Shown piece by piece: positions 25,411-39,309 of a stretch of DNA of 64,000 nucleotides. Below the pieces are notes generated by a model that was not told where the DNA came from, did no database searches, and saw nothing but the letters and a program-made list of their open reading frames with translations. Within the stretch, counting starts at the first letter, position 1. Every line of letters begins with the position of its first letter. The stretch covers positions 6,603 through 70,602 of the forward strand of contig NMRA01000298.1 in NCBI GenBank assembly GCA_002633005.1, written 5' to 3'. Made by a program: the position numbers and the translations under genes. The stretch comes from Phoronis australis (taxonomy: Eukaryota; Animalia; Phoronida).

Positions 25411-27599
25411 ATGTCTAATAATTCGGATTTTTTGTAAAGAATGTATGTGAATCAGACGACATCAAAGGTCCAATTGATTATAAAATATAAAGATGTATAC
25501 TTTGGATGAATGCCTTCCTAAATTGTCCACAACAAGTGATCCATATTCAAAAACCTTTACCTTTATACACTGTGGAGAATAACTCTTTTGAATTAGGGAC
25601 ACCATTTCCCTTGTAGCTTAAGTAGTCATTTATATAACCTTTCAGCTTCATTCACGTTTGATCTTTCTTTTACACGCAGTTTTTCGCATTTTGGTAACAC
25701 GCTTGATTTTTAGAATTGAAAATATTTTCAGACCAGCCAGGTATGAAAAATGACAATTACTCATGGATTTTGTTATTTATGTGTTGCTACTGAAATATTT
25801 ATTAAGATCTGACGAAGGGCTTTCTAATTATATGGCTCTTATGAAATTGGGATGAAAAAAGACGGGATTGCAAAAACTTTTGATAACAGTGAACTCCATA
25901 GCAAGTACTAATAGCCGAACAAATGAACTCAAACAACTCTGACGCACGCGCAAACGCAACCTCATCGGCTGCAGTATCCGGAGTTGGCATTCTAGGGCTC
26001 AAACGCAACCCAGTCTCTCAACAACATTCTACAATTAGGACCATAGACATCTATGTATATGCGACATTTAGCGAGCTAACGAGGTACTGCTATTAAAGAC
26101 TTGCCCACGCAGACTCCCACGTTGTTAGTGCAGTCTCTCACACAAGCCTGCTTTCCGTCTGTGCAGTTGGCCTTCACGCATTCCTTGTCCTGAAAAAAGT
26201 GATTGTATGTCTACATCTAAAATTATGGTACAGTCAATATGATCAGCTTCTGTTTAAAGTCGACCACTAAACATTATTCCCTTCAAATGCAAAACCCAGA
26301 TTGCGTCTAATCGGTCAGAAGATTGCAAAGAAATGATTGAAGAATAAGGTCATTCAACTTACATGCTGGTGTGACCTGTTTGCTGTTGCACCACCCTGTA
26401 AAAATCAATAGTTAAAAAACTTTATGGATGAAGATTCGTTGATGTTGGAGGGTGCGTATGTCGCAATAAAAGAGTATCGTCTGTGAAAATTCCTTTGTTG
26501 AAATTGTTTAAACTGAAATGAATCAGAAATGGTTATTTTTTAAAAATATGTAAACAAAACCAGTTTTATCCATTAACAGCCATTGAAAGCAATATTCCTG
26601 TACAATTCCCTGAAACAAAATGATGCTCTTTAACCCTTGACAAAAGACCACAATTTGGAGCGAATCATAGTACTCTTTTTGAATTCTGTTGCACAGGCAA
26701 GAGTGAAAAACATGTACGCTTTTAGTAGTCTGAGTTCTTAGTGGATTCCTGCTTTTATCTTTCAAGAAAGGCGAAAATGATGCATTAGCAGATGACAGAC
26801 GATGGTTGGTTGAACACACCAAAACAGGGTTTAGTATCCTTTTCAGGGAGTTATACACAATACTAATATACCGATATATTTGTATTTTGTATTTCGGTCT
26901 TTGGCTACTAAAACTTGAAATCAGGTAGCATTTCCTTGTCACTTTCTTGCCATGGCTGTCTAAAGTGACGCACCTCTATCAATGATATTAAATGTACATG
27001 TACATGTATATGGTGTGCTGAAGATTTGCTGCCACTTTAATCAATGATTGAAAACCTTTATTTCTCGGTTTACTGATTTTCTGACAAGGAATTTGAGGAC
27101 ATGCACGTATGTGCACGAAGATTTGGAAGGGTTGCCTCAAAGGTGCATTTGATGGTTCGAGCATTCACGATATAACTTTGATTATGAACTGAACGTTTAC
27201 TTTCTTTACTCGGAATTCCGGGGATTTTGTAACTCGAATATAGAGTAAAACGTGAACTAGGCACTTATCTTCGTAAACCCCGATAAATTTGAGTGCAGAA
27301 TAAATTGATAATAAAATACACGCCAACTAATCATTTTAACTCGATTTTCGGCTTCGTAAAAATATATACGCGGCGTAGAAACCTTTGGCTAATAAATCCA
27401 CTCATATTAAAACATCTGCAAAACAATACAACATTTTTATACCACCAAAATATACCAGTACTTAAGATTTAATTTGCCATGAGAGAGACCATGTCGACGT
27501 AAATGCGAAATACTTCGTGAACCCCACTCACTCATGGATATCAGAATTTTAGTGATGAAACTAATTATTATAGTTTTGGGTGTCAAAATTGATTTGACA

Positions 27600-27995
27600 A
27601 AATTTCACTGCTTTATTTGTGCCAATTTGAAAGGCAACACAAAGAGGATGGAGCGCCAGCTTATTTTTAGACATTGCGTCATCTTTTGATGTCGTGTCCC
27701 ATGATCTGCTTCTACATAAATTACAATCTTGTGGTTTCCCAGGCTCTCTCCTCTTACTTTTAAAATCATATCTGGAATGTCAAACTTACAAATTGAGGGT
27801 GTCACATCACCCTCATCAACACCAGGTTTCGTAAATGCTGGAGTACCTCAAGGTAATATACTAGGTCCCGTACTCTTTTCACTGTACGTCAATGATCTTC
27901 CAGACACAATAAATTCTAAAACATTTTTATATGTTCATAACACTGCAATTTTCTGCCCATTCTCAAAACATCATCCCCATGAGTACTGGGTATGA
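27600..27995 (+). mobile_element. CR1/L2-group LINE reverse transcriptase fragment
   Basis: LFLDIASSFDVVSHDLLLHKL and AGVPQGNILGPVLFSLYVNDLPD...FLYVHNT (decayed YADDT). Confidence 0.85.
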
Positions 27996-30911
27996 ACTGA
28001 ATATTTCATAGTAAACATTCAAAAAGGGAGTGCAAACATACCAGTTTCATTAAAACTTTATTGGACTAGCAATTAATCGCTTGAGTAAAAGTGAAATGTG
28101 TTCTACTAATGAAGGTTATTATGCTAAATTTTAGGTTGGAGGTGTCTTGATATATATATGTAAAATCGCCCAGCGATAATCAGTCTGGATTATAAAATGT
28201 AATTAACAATCCTGCCTATCAAAGAACAAAGCGACTTCATGAAACTTGCCCACGGAACACTACAGTAGGATGTGAACTCGTTGCATAGATGTCGGTAGAT
28301 AGGCGTATTTATTGTCCACTTTGTTGATCTTTTTATAATAAAGTTAATGGTAAGCATTTATTGGTAACCCGCTGATGTGCGCCCAACGTACAATACCCGT
28401 TCGACCTGTATTGCTATATCCAACAAAGAAGCAATACAAGAAAACAACTGTAGCGCTCGCCATATGCATCTCACAAGTCAAACAATAGTTTGCAACATCC
28501 GTACGACGTCTTTTGACATTGACGGCTGCTCAAGTCCATAAAGTTTGATCTTTTAAAAATCCTTTTGTTCATTGGTGTTTACTAGACATTTTTTTTCGAG
28601 TGCTCACGTTTTTGACAAACTTGCCGCTACATGTAGCTTCTATGTCGACATTTAGCTGGAGGTTGAGCTGTTTAAATAATTTTCCTTATATTTTTGCGTT
28701 GAAAATGCTGGACGCGTATTGTTACTGTAAAACAGGTTGATCTGAACCTAATTAGAAATAAATGCGTGAAATTCATAGCGGCTCAAGATTGAAACGATCC
28801 TACGGTAATGATCGAGATCTTGTGTGTCGTCCATCTCCTTGAGCGAAACTGCAACACCTCTTTTTTACTTAGAACCTTACTTTCACAATCTTACGGCAGT
28901 TTACGAGGAAAACTTCAATAAATTCGGGTGATGCATTTAGTTTAAGGTAAGCCCAGTGTTATATTTCGAGAAAGTTTAACAAAAACGGAGCAAAAGTACC
29001 ATTTGTACTTATTGATGAGCTAGTGCTAATACGGTGCGGTGTTAATCATTCGGACTAAAGTAGAATACAACGTTTTCGAAGTTAAACATGCGAACAAAAG
29101 TTTAGTCTCAGACCTCGGAATACTTCATTGAAAGCAAACAGAGAGAAGACAGTAAACAATTCATCTTTGTTGTACCACCTGATCTTCCTTTTTTGCTCAT
29201 TGCTTTCTAATTACTGTCGATCGATCTCAATTAATAATTCGTAGGTTCCTAGAAAATATTTGAATGTGGCTAATTAACGAACGTTAGCATTTTCACATAC
29301 ATGTACACTGTATATCCACTATGCTTTAAGGGTTGTTCTGCAAAACGCTATCTGGATTATCTGGCTTGTTTTTTACTGTTCCTTTGTTAAGGGTTTCTGA
29401 GAAGTTTTATCCCAATTTCTGTCCATTTTAGAAAAAGATACAAACACTGGCTGTTTCTGATGCCATACCTGGATTTAGTTTGTACAGGTTCAAGTCAATA
29501 AATGTAAATTATTTCTCTCGCTAAATATCAAATTTGTTTGATTGAAAAAGCAATAATACATGTACATGTAGCATCTGTCGCAATTTTTAAAGAATTATAA
29601 AGTTCTTATTAAAACATGTTCAACATATGTTCACGAACAATGGAAACAAATGGTAGATTTTTATAAAAACTCTGTCGTTGTAATTAGGTAATAGATTTAG
29701 TTTGCGTGCCCTTGGTGTGAACATGTGTCAGTCCATCATTAATCGTAACAGTTATCTAAAGATTACATAATTGCGAGGTGAATATGTTTGTCTATTCAAT
29801 AAATAGTTTGAACAAAAAGTTTAAACTATTTGACTGTGATCAATAACATGATTTAAGTTTCCAAAATGTTTTCCATGCTATTCCTTTTGTTTCTGTTTCA
29901 AACCTTCTCTAATAAAATCTCAAGATAATCTCTGCAAAGTCATATTACGCGGCGAATAACCGCCATGCCGTAACACTTTCGGGAATGAAACGAAGCTCAA
30001 GCCAAGGAATTTGCTCATGGAGGACATTTCTCTTTTTCGAATAGCATCCGATCTATGACTTCGTGTTCACTAAGGACCCTAAGCTTTAATAGGTCTTGGA
30101 ACTCTGGTAATCTAATAGTAATATTTCTCTCGTACGCCAGTTTTAACACCCACTTGAAAATCAGTGTATTGACTGTAGTGGCAACCAAGTATTTTAGAAA
30201 TTGTTGAATAAATAAATAAACACAACCCTCCTAGTCGCCACAATTTTTCACCACTGGTATCCCAGGCTTCCATTTCCGACAGCAGTTGTAATAGGTTCGA
30301 AAGCCTCGAGCCCCTTGCCCTATAATTTCTTTCCAAAACCTGTCACTTTTGTGGATATTTGACGAGATTCACAGACTAATCAATATGGTCCTAACTGACT
30401 TCAAAATATATGTGTGCAGTCGCAATTGTCAGCTTAAATGCGTTTATCGTGCGTAAAAATTAAAACGGAAGTTACTTGTTTGTAGGTTATACATTTACAT
30501 GTAAAACGAACGTAAGTATAAGTTTGTCTAAACCACGGATTCAGCCAACTTCACCAACGCTTCAGCGTGTTTGTGTCGACCTGTACTAACACGTGACATG
30601 TATATCTCCGTGAAGAGCTCAAAGAAGACTGGTGACATTTTCTTACAATATAAGTAAAAACTTTTTAGTGCGAAAGGGATTGCTTCAATTAGCAGCGCTG
30701 CACTAAAATATCCCTACTTATTTTCGATATTGTGGAGATTACAATGTAGTAGAGTTCACTCTCGTTTTGTATTAAAGCCAAATAATTGCTACTGAACCTA
30801 AAATATGGCATTTTAGAACAACCAGTGTTTCCACATGTCCACACATGCGCAGAAGACTTAGGGGTCTTGGTTTAGACTATTTTATATAGCCGGCCACACT
30901 TCTTACCAGAG

Positions 30912-31126
30912 TAAAACCCTTTTTACGTATTCTGATCCTACTGTCGCGACATTATATCGACTTCAAATGCGGCAGTTGCAGTACGCCCAAAATTAGTCGC
31001 ATCAGGTCGGAGCAAATCGGAATGGTCTATTTAGCCCCCCAAAATCGTACAATTGTGTCGGAAGTCATGTAAACACACAACGATACGTCGTACAGAAAAA
31101 GGTCGGAATCGTAAACAGGGTTTTAA
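30912..31126. mobile_element. Small MITE
   Basis: Imperfect TIRs TAAAACCCTTTTTACGTATTCTGATCC and GGTCGGAATCGTAAACAGGGTTTTA. Confidence 0.55.
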
Positions 31127-31208
31127 GGGTCACAAACTCTCGAAGTACTCATGTAACGACATTATAAGCAACCTGACAAGCCATATATTGTCGCAACCAG
31201 ATTCTAAC

Positions 31209-31577
31209 CAGATGTAATTTCCAGTTGTCAATTCTTATCTTGCTTCGAAGATTTCTTCCCTCTTTCTCCGCTCTTCCCTGCGACACCATATCGTGATAGC
31301 TTTCCTGGGAGAAGTAGCATACGCCTGTATCTTCTTCGTAGTAAGCCGAGGTGCAAGCTGCCTGCCTCCTGCAGTAGAGCGCGCATTCCACGTCACTTCT
31401 TGTGCCAGTTCGTTTCCCAAAGTAGGACGGTGAAAACGACCCATTTACACTTGTAGCAGAACAAGTGGAACTCAGCGAATTACCCGAGCATGTTTCGATT
31501 TTTTCACCAAATAGTGTGCTAGACTGACAAAATTTAAAGAGGTTTAAAATGACCGCTGTCCAAATTGAAAAAAACAT
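31209..31577 (-). CDS. First coding exon: signal peptide plus PAN/apple domain (probable 5' exon of the CTHRC1-FN2 gene)
   Basis: ATG at 31577 begins the hydrophobic MFFSIWTAVILNLFKFCQS. PAN pattern RSDVECALYCRRQAACTSAYYEEDTGVCYF. A weak phase-0 donor CTG|gttaga lies at 31209; unspliced, the frame stops at 31149. The link to the downstream exons is inferred. Confidence 0.75.
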
Positions 31578-31736
31578 AGTACGTATCCTTATCAGTAAGG
31601 ACACTGCACGACTGTTTACAGTTTGTATTTTAGAAAGTTATATGGAGTAATCCAACAAAAGGAACGATATGTTTTGTTAAAAAATTAATGGCAGCGATCA
31701 TATTCAATGTCTATTGTACCATATTCTGAATTAGTT

Positions 31737-33350
31737 TAATCAGGTGACCTGAAACGTAGCAGATTGTAACGCGTATATCAATAACACACGATTGATTTTC
31801 ATCACGCTCATTCGATACAACATTCCTAAGCTTGAGAACGACGTAATCACGTACATACGTAAATTTAAGCTCGTCCATTTGATTTCCTGTGCGATCCATG
31901 CCTTGGGAAAAAATGTATTAGGTCTGCACTTCACCTTTTGGTCAGTTCAAAGCAAGCCTCTGCGTGTTCGATGCAGAGTTACCAGCTTACATGTATACCC
32001 TACCACAAAAGCAAATGAAATGTTGTTAACGTTGTCGATCGTTTTGAATTCAACAAGTTGGGAATCATATGCCTGTTATGGATTTATTTTGCCGACAATA
32101 CAGTGTACACAAACCTAGACTACATACAGATCGAGCTGCACGGAAACTCAAATTAAGATGACAGTTTGCAAACCACTACTGACCCCACAACTAAACATAT
32201 GAAAATAATGCAGACTTAACTAATTTTCATGTGAGAATATGTACAAGTATAAAATTTGATTAATGACTTAACGTTTCTGCAGGTAAAGAGGGCTACGCCA
32301 GGTATTTCATAGACGGCGGGTAATTGCGCTTCTCTCTGAAGATGAACTACATTTCCAGTAAACAGGGGCTTCTTTCTCGAGGAGACTGTAGGCTTCTATC
32401 TTTCATCTGTACTCTGTCAATAGATAGTTTAGCACGATTCACAAAAACTGACTTCTGTTTAAAGTCAGAAAATCTATCTACAAAACATAAATCAAAGTCA
32501 AAATCTGTGACCACTACCAGAATGAAAACAAAATGTTTTGTAGTCAGCTTTCTGACTGTGGGCTGAAGACAAAAAACAAAAGTAAACAGTCTCTTCAAAA
32601 AGCAGTCACCAGGTTTGAAAAAGGGACTAAATCAATGACAGTATATTTTGGCATGAAAACACGTGAGAAACGTTAAGGTATGTGTTCAGCATAGCTGTAG
32701 CGTGCCTTAGTTCACGTTGAAGACTTTGCTGACTACCAGATAGACATCTGGAATATAGGCACGTGTAAGCGTCACGGTAGCTGTAACGAGGACACGTCTG
32801 AACGTAAAGCCTTATGTTGCAGCTTCCTGCTGGAAGATCGCAGAAACCACCAACTGTAAAATAGTTGGACAAACAATCGGCTTGAAGTTTGAAATATCAA
32901 AAGATGAGTTTCCAGCATTCGAGAGTGAAAAAAGAGACACCTGAATTGAAAAGGTGGAATATTATTCGAAAATTTGGCACTATGCCAACACTCAATTATG
33001 TAATTCCGTCGAAACACCCATTATGCCCCGAGAACATTTTCGCACAAACTGGACAATTTGGAACTGTAACACCTAAACATCAAAACGCCTGAATAGGTAT
33101 TCTGTGTCGTTTGGAAAATCACAATATTGACAGACCCAAAATACAGTAACACATAAACCATGAATGGTCATATTTTCAAGAGTGCGAAATTTTGGACACA
33201 AAACCTCGAACGTTGTCATGAATTCGACGTAAATGGAAGTTACCACAAAGCCAGATAGACTTATTGCCGCGACAGTGCAGCAATTGACAAGTTCAATCCT
33301 TGATTTTGCGTGTAGGCCAAAATATAGTATTTTGTCGATACAGTACATGT
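31737..33350. repeat. Segmental duplication copy A (partner 59820-62322)
   Basis: Co-linear same-strand similarity, e.g. TAATCAGGTGA (31737 and 59821), ACGTTTCTGCAGGTAAAGAG, GTCAGAAAATCT, and GAGAACATTTTCGCACAAACTGGACAATT. Confidence 0.92.
32707..32853 (-). pseudogene. Frameshifted copy of CTHRC1-like terminal exon
   Basis: ttttacag|TT GGT GGT TTC TGC, encoding GGFCDLPAGSCNIRLYVQTCPRYSYRDAYTC. It is 147 nt to the ancestral TAA against 146 nt in the intact copy (+1 insertion), and the conserved Trp is lost. I found no upstream exons. Confidence 0.85.
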
Positions 33351-36300
33351 ATACATTCGTCATTTTCCCAAGTAAACAATTCCACGTGCTTCAGTCGAAC
33401 TTCAAGTGATGTCTGAGTACGTAGCATGCGATCGCGGATTTTTTCAAAGTAGGCGAGGAGTGCCAAGCTGTCGATAAGTGTGGCAACAGAGCAGACGCCG
33501 ATCGTGCATGGATGAGCGTGTAAGCAGGCCTGGACACGAAACTCGAAAGAGAGGTGAACTCTGTTGAAATTCGACAACTCCACCACCCAAGGCTCAAGCG
33601 CTTAGAGGTACATGTAAGTAATATAATAGACAGTGACAGGATACAATCAGAGAATGGTGCGCATTTTAACGTATTAATTCTTGAGCGTTAGGTCTACTAT
33701 TTTTGTTATGTGAAATTATTACAGCTTACAAGCCTTCCCCGTATCAATTGTTTCTCGCAAACCTGTTCCCCAGTAGGCCTACCCTGGCCTGGCAACACGT
33801 AGCCACCCCGCTGGCAGGGTACTGGGTAGGAGCTACAATATTCCCGTCGTTCCAACAAATTTTGTCCCGGGGGTAGGCGAAGTCTGCTTAAATGACGTAG
33901 AGGTTTCATATCGTCAAAAATGCGTTTTGAACTTGAAATTTTCACTTAAAAAGTGCTTACTTTTTTCAGCTATCCTTTCTTGCTCTGTACATATATTCCA
34001 TGAAGCATGTTTTTTTTGAAGCAATATGACTATGGCGAAGAATTCGAATTCAACTTTTTAATCGCCGTTAACTTTTTCATCGCGCGCGATAGCCGCAAAC
34101 TATTTCAATTGACGTCACTTGAGTTAGGTGAGGACGAGCGCGAGACTGAGAGAAGCGCGTGACCTCATGCGCGACACAAAATAGCATGATAGATATCAGA
34201 TGGAATTTGTAAAATTCGTGTCCCTTGGACTTTTTATTCGTCAACAGGCGTGATTTCACGTAACTACCCCGGCATTTACGGCGATGTAATTACCTAACTC
34301 ACCCCGTGATGACTGATATTTTTGAGAGTTCGATTTTAAGCTGACTTGTTGGGGAAATTTTGTGAGGGTGGATTATTTGTGTGATTACACTGAATAGATT
34401 TTTATAGGCTTCAATAATTGCATTCAAAGTGATGAAACCATTAACATTAAAAATATAAAATCACAGTCTTATTTGTTTTAACTAATATTTTTCTTCTGTA
34501 GAATTTGTGTTTCATACTTGCCTTTGAGGAAAAGTGAATGGGGTTTTCAACGTGCATTACACACTGCAGGTCGGGTATGTGTTATGCATTCTAACTTTGT
34601 TTGCCTTTTTTCAGTCACTGGATTTGTCAAAGGGAAACAACGCAGAGGTACCAAAGCAAGATTGTTCTCCCAATAGAAAACATCGGTTGATGCCGACCCA
34701 GTAAACTACTTAAAACGAGGTGGAGAACAAACAGGGATTATAAAATACGTGAATGTTTTGATGTGAAAAGTAGCCAAAGAACACTTAGGAGTAATACAAT
34801 GGAAGGACATAATGCCAGGTACAAACGTCAGTTCACGACTCTTGTCAGATTGGGTTAACTGCTGCATCCCCGGCAATAGTCCTATAATAACATGCAAAAT
34901 TCTGAGAACCAGTTTGATAACGTTTGCTCAGTGGAGAAAACTGGTTCTCAAAATGTAGGCCTGTTGTATACCACTGCCGGTTGCGGCAGTGCCTTGCCGC
35001 TTGCTTGTTGCTAGTTTTGAGCTCTGCTATAGAGAAATGATATATGAACATCGTTTTTAAATTTTGCTTCAGTTTTGTAAATGAAAGCTATGTGATTTTT
35101 TCTTCATTTTTCAAGAAGTTTACAGTTTTAAGTACAGTTTTTGGCAGTCCGTCTGTATGTCAAACAATGTCGTTGGCGTAATTTGTTGTACCCCACAGTA
35201 CGATGTGGAAGATACAGTAAACACAAAGGTATGTCTGTATGTCACGCAATGTCGTTGGCATGACATCTCATAAAGGAATCCGATTTTTTTCATGTTTTGC
35301 ACTGAGATGTAGGTGGGACATCTCCAAGTGCCATTTGATATTGTTTTGAATAGGGATTCATCCATGCTCTTAAATTCCCCTTGTATTAATTTTTACAAAC
35401 ATAATCAATAGTTGATTTTCGTGAAGCATTTGCCAGGCTTATTTTTATGTCCCGCTTTGCTCATTACTTTTTGGTGTGACCCTCAATGTGGACCAGGCCA
35501 ATGACTTGTTGCTGCTGTTTGTTTTGTAATTGATCTCAACTTAAACAAATGTTGTATAATATTAAAATGGGATTTATAAAGTAAATTATTGTGCATACTT
35601 CATTCATATTTAGACTTATTGTACACTCTGCACATGCCATGCTGACGTTTAGTGTATACTTTGATTCAGTGATTATTAATCAATTCTGATGTTGATATAA
35701 GTTGATGCAATTTGAAGTTTCACTTTGTTTTAAAATAATAAGAATTAATTATCTCTCTGCCTTTTGGATGTAACAGATGTGTCAATGGTTTGCTCCAACA
35801 TATATGGGTCACAAATTCAGCAGCAGTCAAGCTGTATACTTTACACCTTTTTCGGTTGCTGGTAATGTTTCTTTAAACCGAGACCGGCGAGAGATCTCTT
35901 AATTGTGCTGCTGCTGCAATAAGGAACTCTCTTAGCCCAGAAATAAAACGGCCCAAATCAATTAATACTGTCAAACTTAATAGTGAAAACTGGCTGTAAT
36001 TTACTTACCCATTTTCACAATTTACCTTTCTTAATTATGTCAATTTTCATTATTGTGCATGCTCTCAGTATTCATTATCATCTCGTTATTTCATCTCTCT
36101 TGGTCAAAGTTTCATCATCAACGTGTTTTAATTGCTGCTTTGTTACCTGTATCTAATTATTGTTTTACAACTTTATCATGTTATATTGTATTGTATTGCA
36201 TCCTGTTGTTGAGGGCACCTTGAAAGCATATTTTGGCCAAAAACAAATGTGATTAAAGATATGCATATTTTTTTCTATTATTACAAAACAATTGTAATGG

Positions 36301-39068
36301 TCTGTTTCTGCCTCCAATAATATGTACATGTATTTTGTTGTTGTTGTTGTTGTCGTTGTTTACATATGCACTGATTTAAAAGTTTGTACTCATATTTTGG
36401 CCCAAACAAATATCACAATGGTAGTGGTCTGTTTCTACCTTCAATAATATGTATTTTATTGATCATATTTTGTTAACTTGGAAGCTTGCAACCTAAACAT
36501 GTGTGTAATATGTAAGTTGTGGTATTTATGTATTTTGATATGCAGCACTTACAGATGTTGTATATTTTTAGCAGATCTCACTTTGTTCCAAATTTCTCAA
36601 TATTATTTTTTTGTAAACTAGAGGTATTGTAGCCTACAGCTATGTTTATTTTCTAAGGCAAAGTTGTTTCCTTTTCCCTGTTATGTGTATTCGTATGTAT
36701 GTTTTAAAATAAAAACTGTGTGATTAGATATATTTCTTATCTTTTATATTATTTTATTTCATTTAAAATAATTGCAATGTAAGTACAACCAACCTATTGA
36801 GATGTGTCATTTCGACAAAATTCGTTCTCAGAGAATGTACCTATCATATACATGTAAGAGGTTTCTGATAGTCTTCAGCTGAAGATCGGGGTCAAATGGA
36901 AGGTCACAAGTAGTTCTATTCAGTTGGAGAATTTTATGATGCCTTCTTTACTGAGGCAGCCCAGCCAGCTGGATCTTTATTGTGTTGCCAACGAATGGGG
37001 TAATTGAAACTTGCGCTTCAGGTAACAAATCTAATTGCGTTTTGGTTTGAATTTTCAGCAGGAATAAGTGCGTCATGAGCTTTAGTATGCTCCACATTGG
37101 ATTTATAATACACCTCTGGCATGACATGGTTATGAACTCTAAAATTGATCAGTCTATGAACACCTCCGCAGAGAATATTGTATTGGCGACGCAGCACTGA
37201 AAAAAAGAGGGGGCTAAAGCCACCAGACCCCCTGTGGTGTACCAATTATAGAAAATTAGCATTGCAGCACTGAAAAAGTGGAGGCCATGCCCCCCTTCCA
37301 GCCCCCTTTGGTGCGCGGCCCATATATTGAAATTGCATGACCAATACATCAGTTGATTAAGAGTGAAACCCAAGCTCGTGTGATCAAAAACGATATCAAT
37401 TTTTAAGCACTACATTCATGACGGCGTTTTCCCGTTCAGTGACTGCCAGACGCAGAGGGTTGTGAGAATGTGATAACGTCTAGCTTCTTTGTTAACTACC
37501 AGGCACAGTTTTTTATCAGGAATGACAACAGGCAGGTCAATTACCCACCAGGCCTGTTACAGACCACATGTGAACACAGTCAAACCCAGAGCAAATTGGT
37601 ACGTTTGGAAAGAACAGGTTGTTGTAACTTCGGTTGTAGGTGGGCGATTACGGCGATTCAAAAACTGAACATGGTCACCATTTGACTAGGATTTCAGAAA
37701 TGCTACTAGTTTATTTTCAAAGTTGTTATAACTTGACCTTTTTAAAAACACAGCCCAGTCAGCCTAGATACGATAAATTGGAGTTTTAGCAATTTTCGAA
37801 AAAAGAGAGCTTGCCCTCTAACTATAAATTTTTGCCAGATTAATGGTCGCGTAAGCTATTGGCTACAGGGGTCATCTTCCCAACTTGGTGTTGGGCTATA
37901 CTTTCGAACAAGTTGGGAGCAACGGGAAAACATCGTAATGTTATCTATTGAAAATACCACATTGTCATAAGAAACTTGAGCAATCAAGCACTGGATAAAA
38001 GCTTAAACTGGGACAAACATGAACTATTCGACGGCAACAACTAAAGAATTGCTCTAAGAATACGGGAAACTCAGCGACAACGCACCTCTCAACAAGCTAG
38101 TGTTTGCGACCAGACTGCAGAGCTTCTCGCCTTTTCATCTCGTCTTTCAAAACCACCAGAGTACACTCTCCATAAAAAGACATGGTAGACCATACATGTA
38201 GATAATTCCAAACTGACGTAGATACAGCACACATCAGGAATTTTTGTCCGACTGGTCTGCTAGAAACCGACGACCGGCCGTCGAACGGTCGGCTAATTTT
38301 TAGCCGACCGGCAGAAGGGCGCAGTGCCGACGCATAAGCCGACCCACCAGCCGACTCTACAGCCGACCTTAATTGCCAACCAGCCATCAGCCAACCCGCT
38401 AGTCGGATGCTAGTTTTAGGCTAGAGTAGCAGTTGCGTAATGAGTGGTTAGGCTGATACCGCTGTGCGTGCAGATGCTGATATTCTTCTCGGAACAGGGT
38501 CAAATACATATAAATTAACTTAGTTTTACTGTTTCCATTATATGAGTTCACACCGGTTGTGTTCACCGACTACTAATTCGAAGGTTGGATACAAGCGGTA
38601 ATATTGAACATTGTATTATGGACAATCCAACAAGTTTTGGATGACAAAACGTTAAAAGTTTTCTTTACATTTGATCTTTTGGCTCGTGACATTAACACGT
38701 TGCATTAGACTGGCTGCTTCCCGGTCAATACAACGCCGTACTCATTTTGTAAACGCAGCTATTTTTTACAGTCTTCGTCCACACTTGTTTTTTGTTTGTG
38801 TTACGCCGAACTGCATCATTTTCCGTTTTTAAAATTCCTCACGGGTCTCCTATCACGATGGGATAGTGAATGAATTGTTGCACCGGAGAGCTCTTACTCA
38901 GGAGATTTTGTTTTCACAGTATTAACCCTTGCAGTAAAGACGCAAAACACACGGAACTTAATGCACTAATCCCACGGACTTGGAAGGCTCTAACTTCGAA
39001 ATCATATGGTTATGACTTCCACGAACCTAGACAGAGGCATCAAACACGGAATGACCATTATTGAGGCT

Positions 39069-39309
39069 CAGGGGCGTATCCAGGATTTTGATTTAGGGGG
39101 TGGCAGGGCACAGGAAAACCAAAATTTCGGCAAACGCGCCCGCCCAGCCTAAAGCGCGTGGGGATGCAGCAGTATACGGGGTTTGTTCAGGTTTATGCAT
39201 TGTTTATTCGTCTGCTAGTTAGCAATTCGCACCCAAACTCCAAAATGGTATCTGGTAGAGTTTTAGGGCGGGGGCATGGCCTCCTTGGCAATCCCCTAAA
39301 TCCGCCACT
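39069..39309. mobile_element. GC-rich MITE (related partial copies near 40590-40752, 43181-43300, 52185-52322)
   Basis: Ends CAGGGGCGTATCCAGGATTT and AAATCCGCCACTG, flanked on both sides by AGGCT (possible TSD). Confidence 0.6.

Noticed and set aside
26270-26942. THAP-like and second KolX-like remnants (FPSNAKPRLRL; YRYIS...HSCLCNRIQKEY)
   Set aside because: Motif spacing does not match and the similarity is within chance.
30112-30340. Minus-strand GFRTYYNCCRKW as another CTHRC1 exon
   Set aside because: The surrounding residues and splice sites do not fit the domain.
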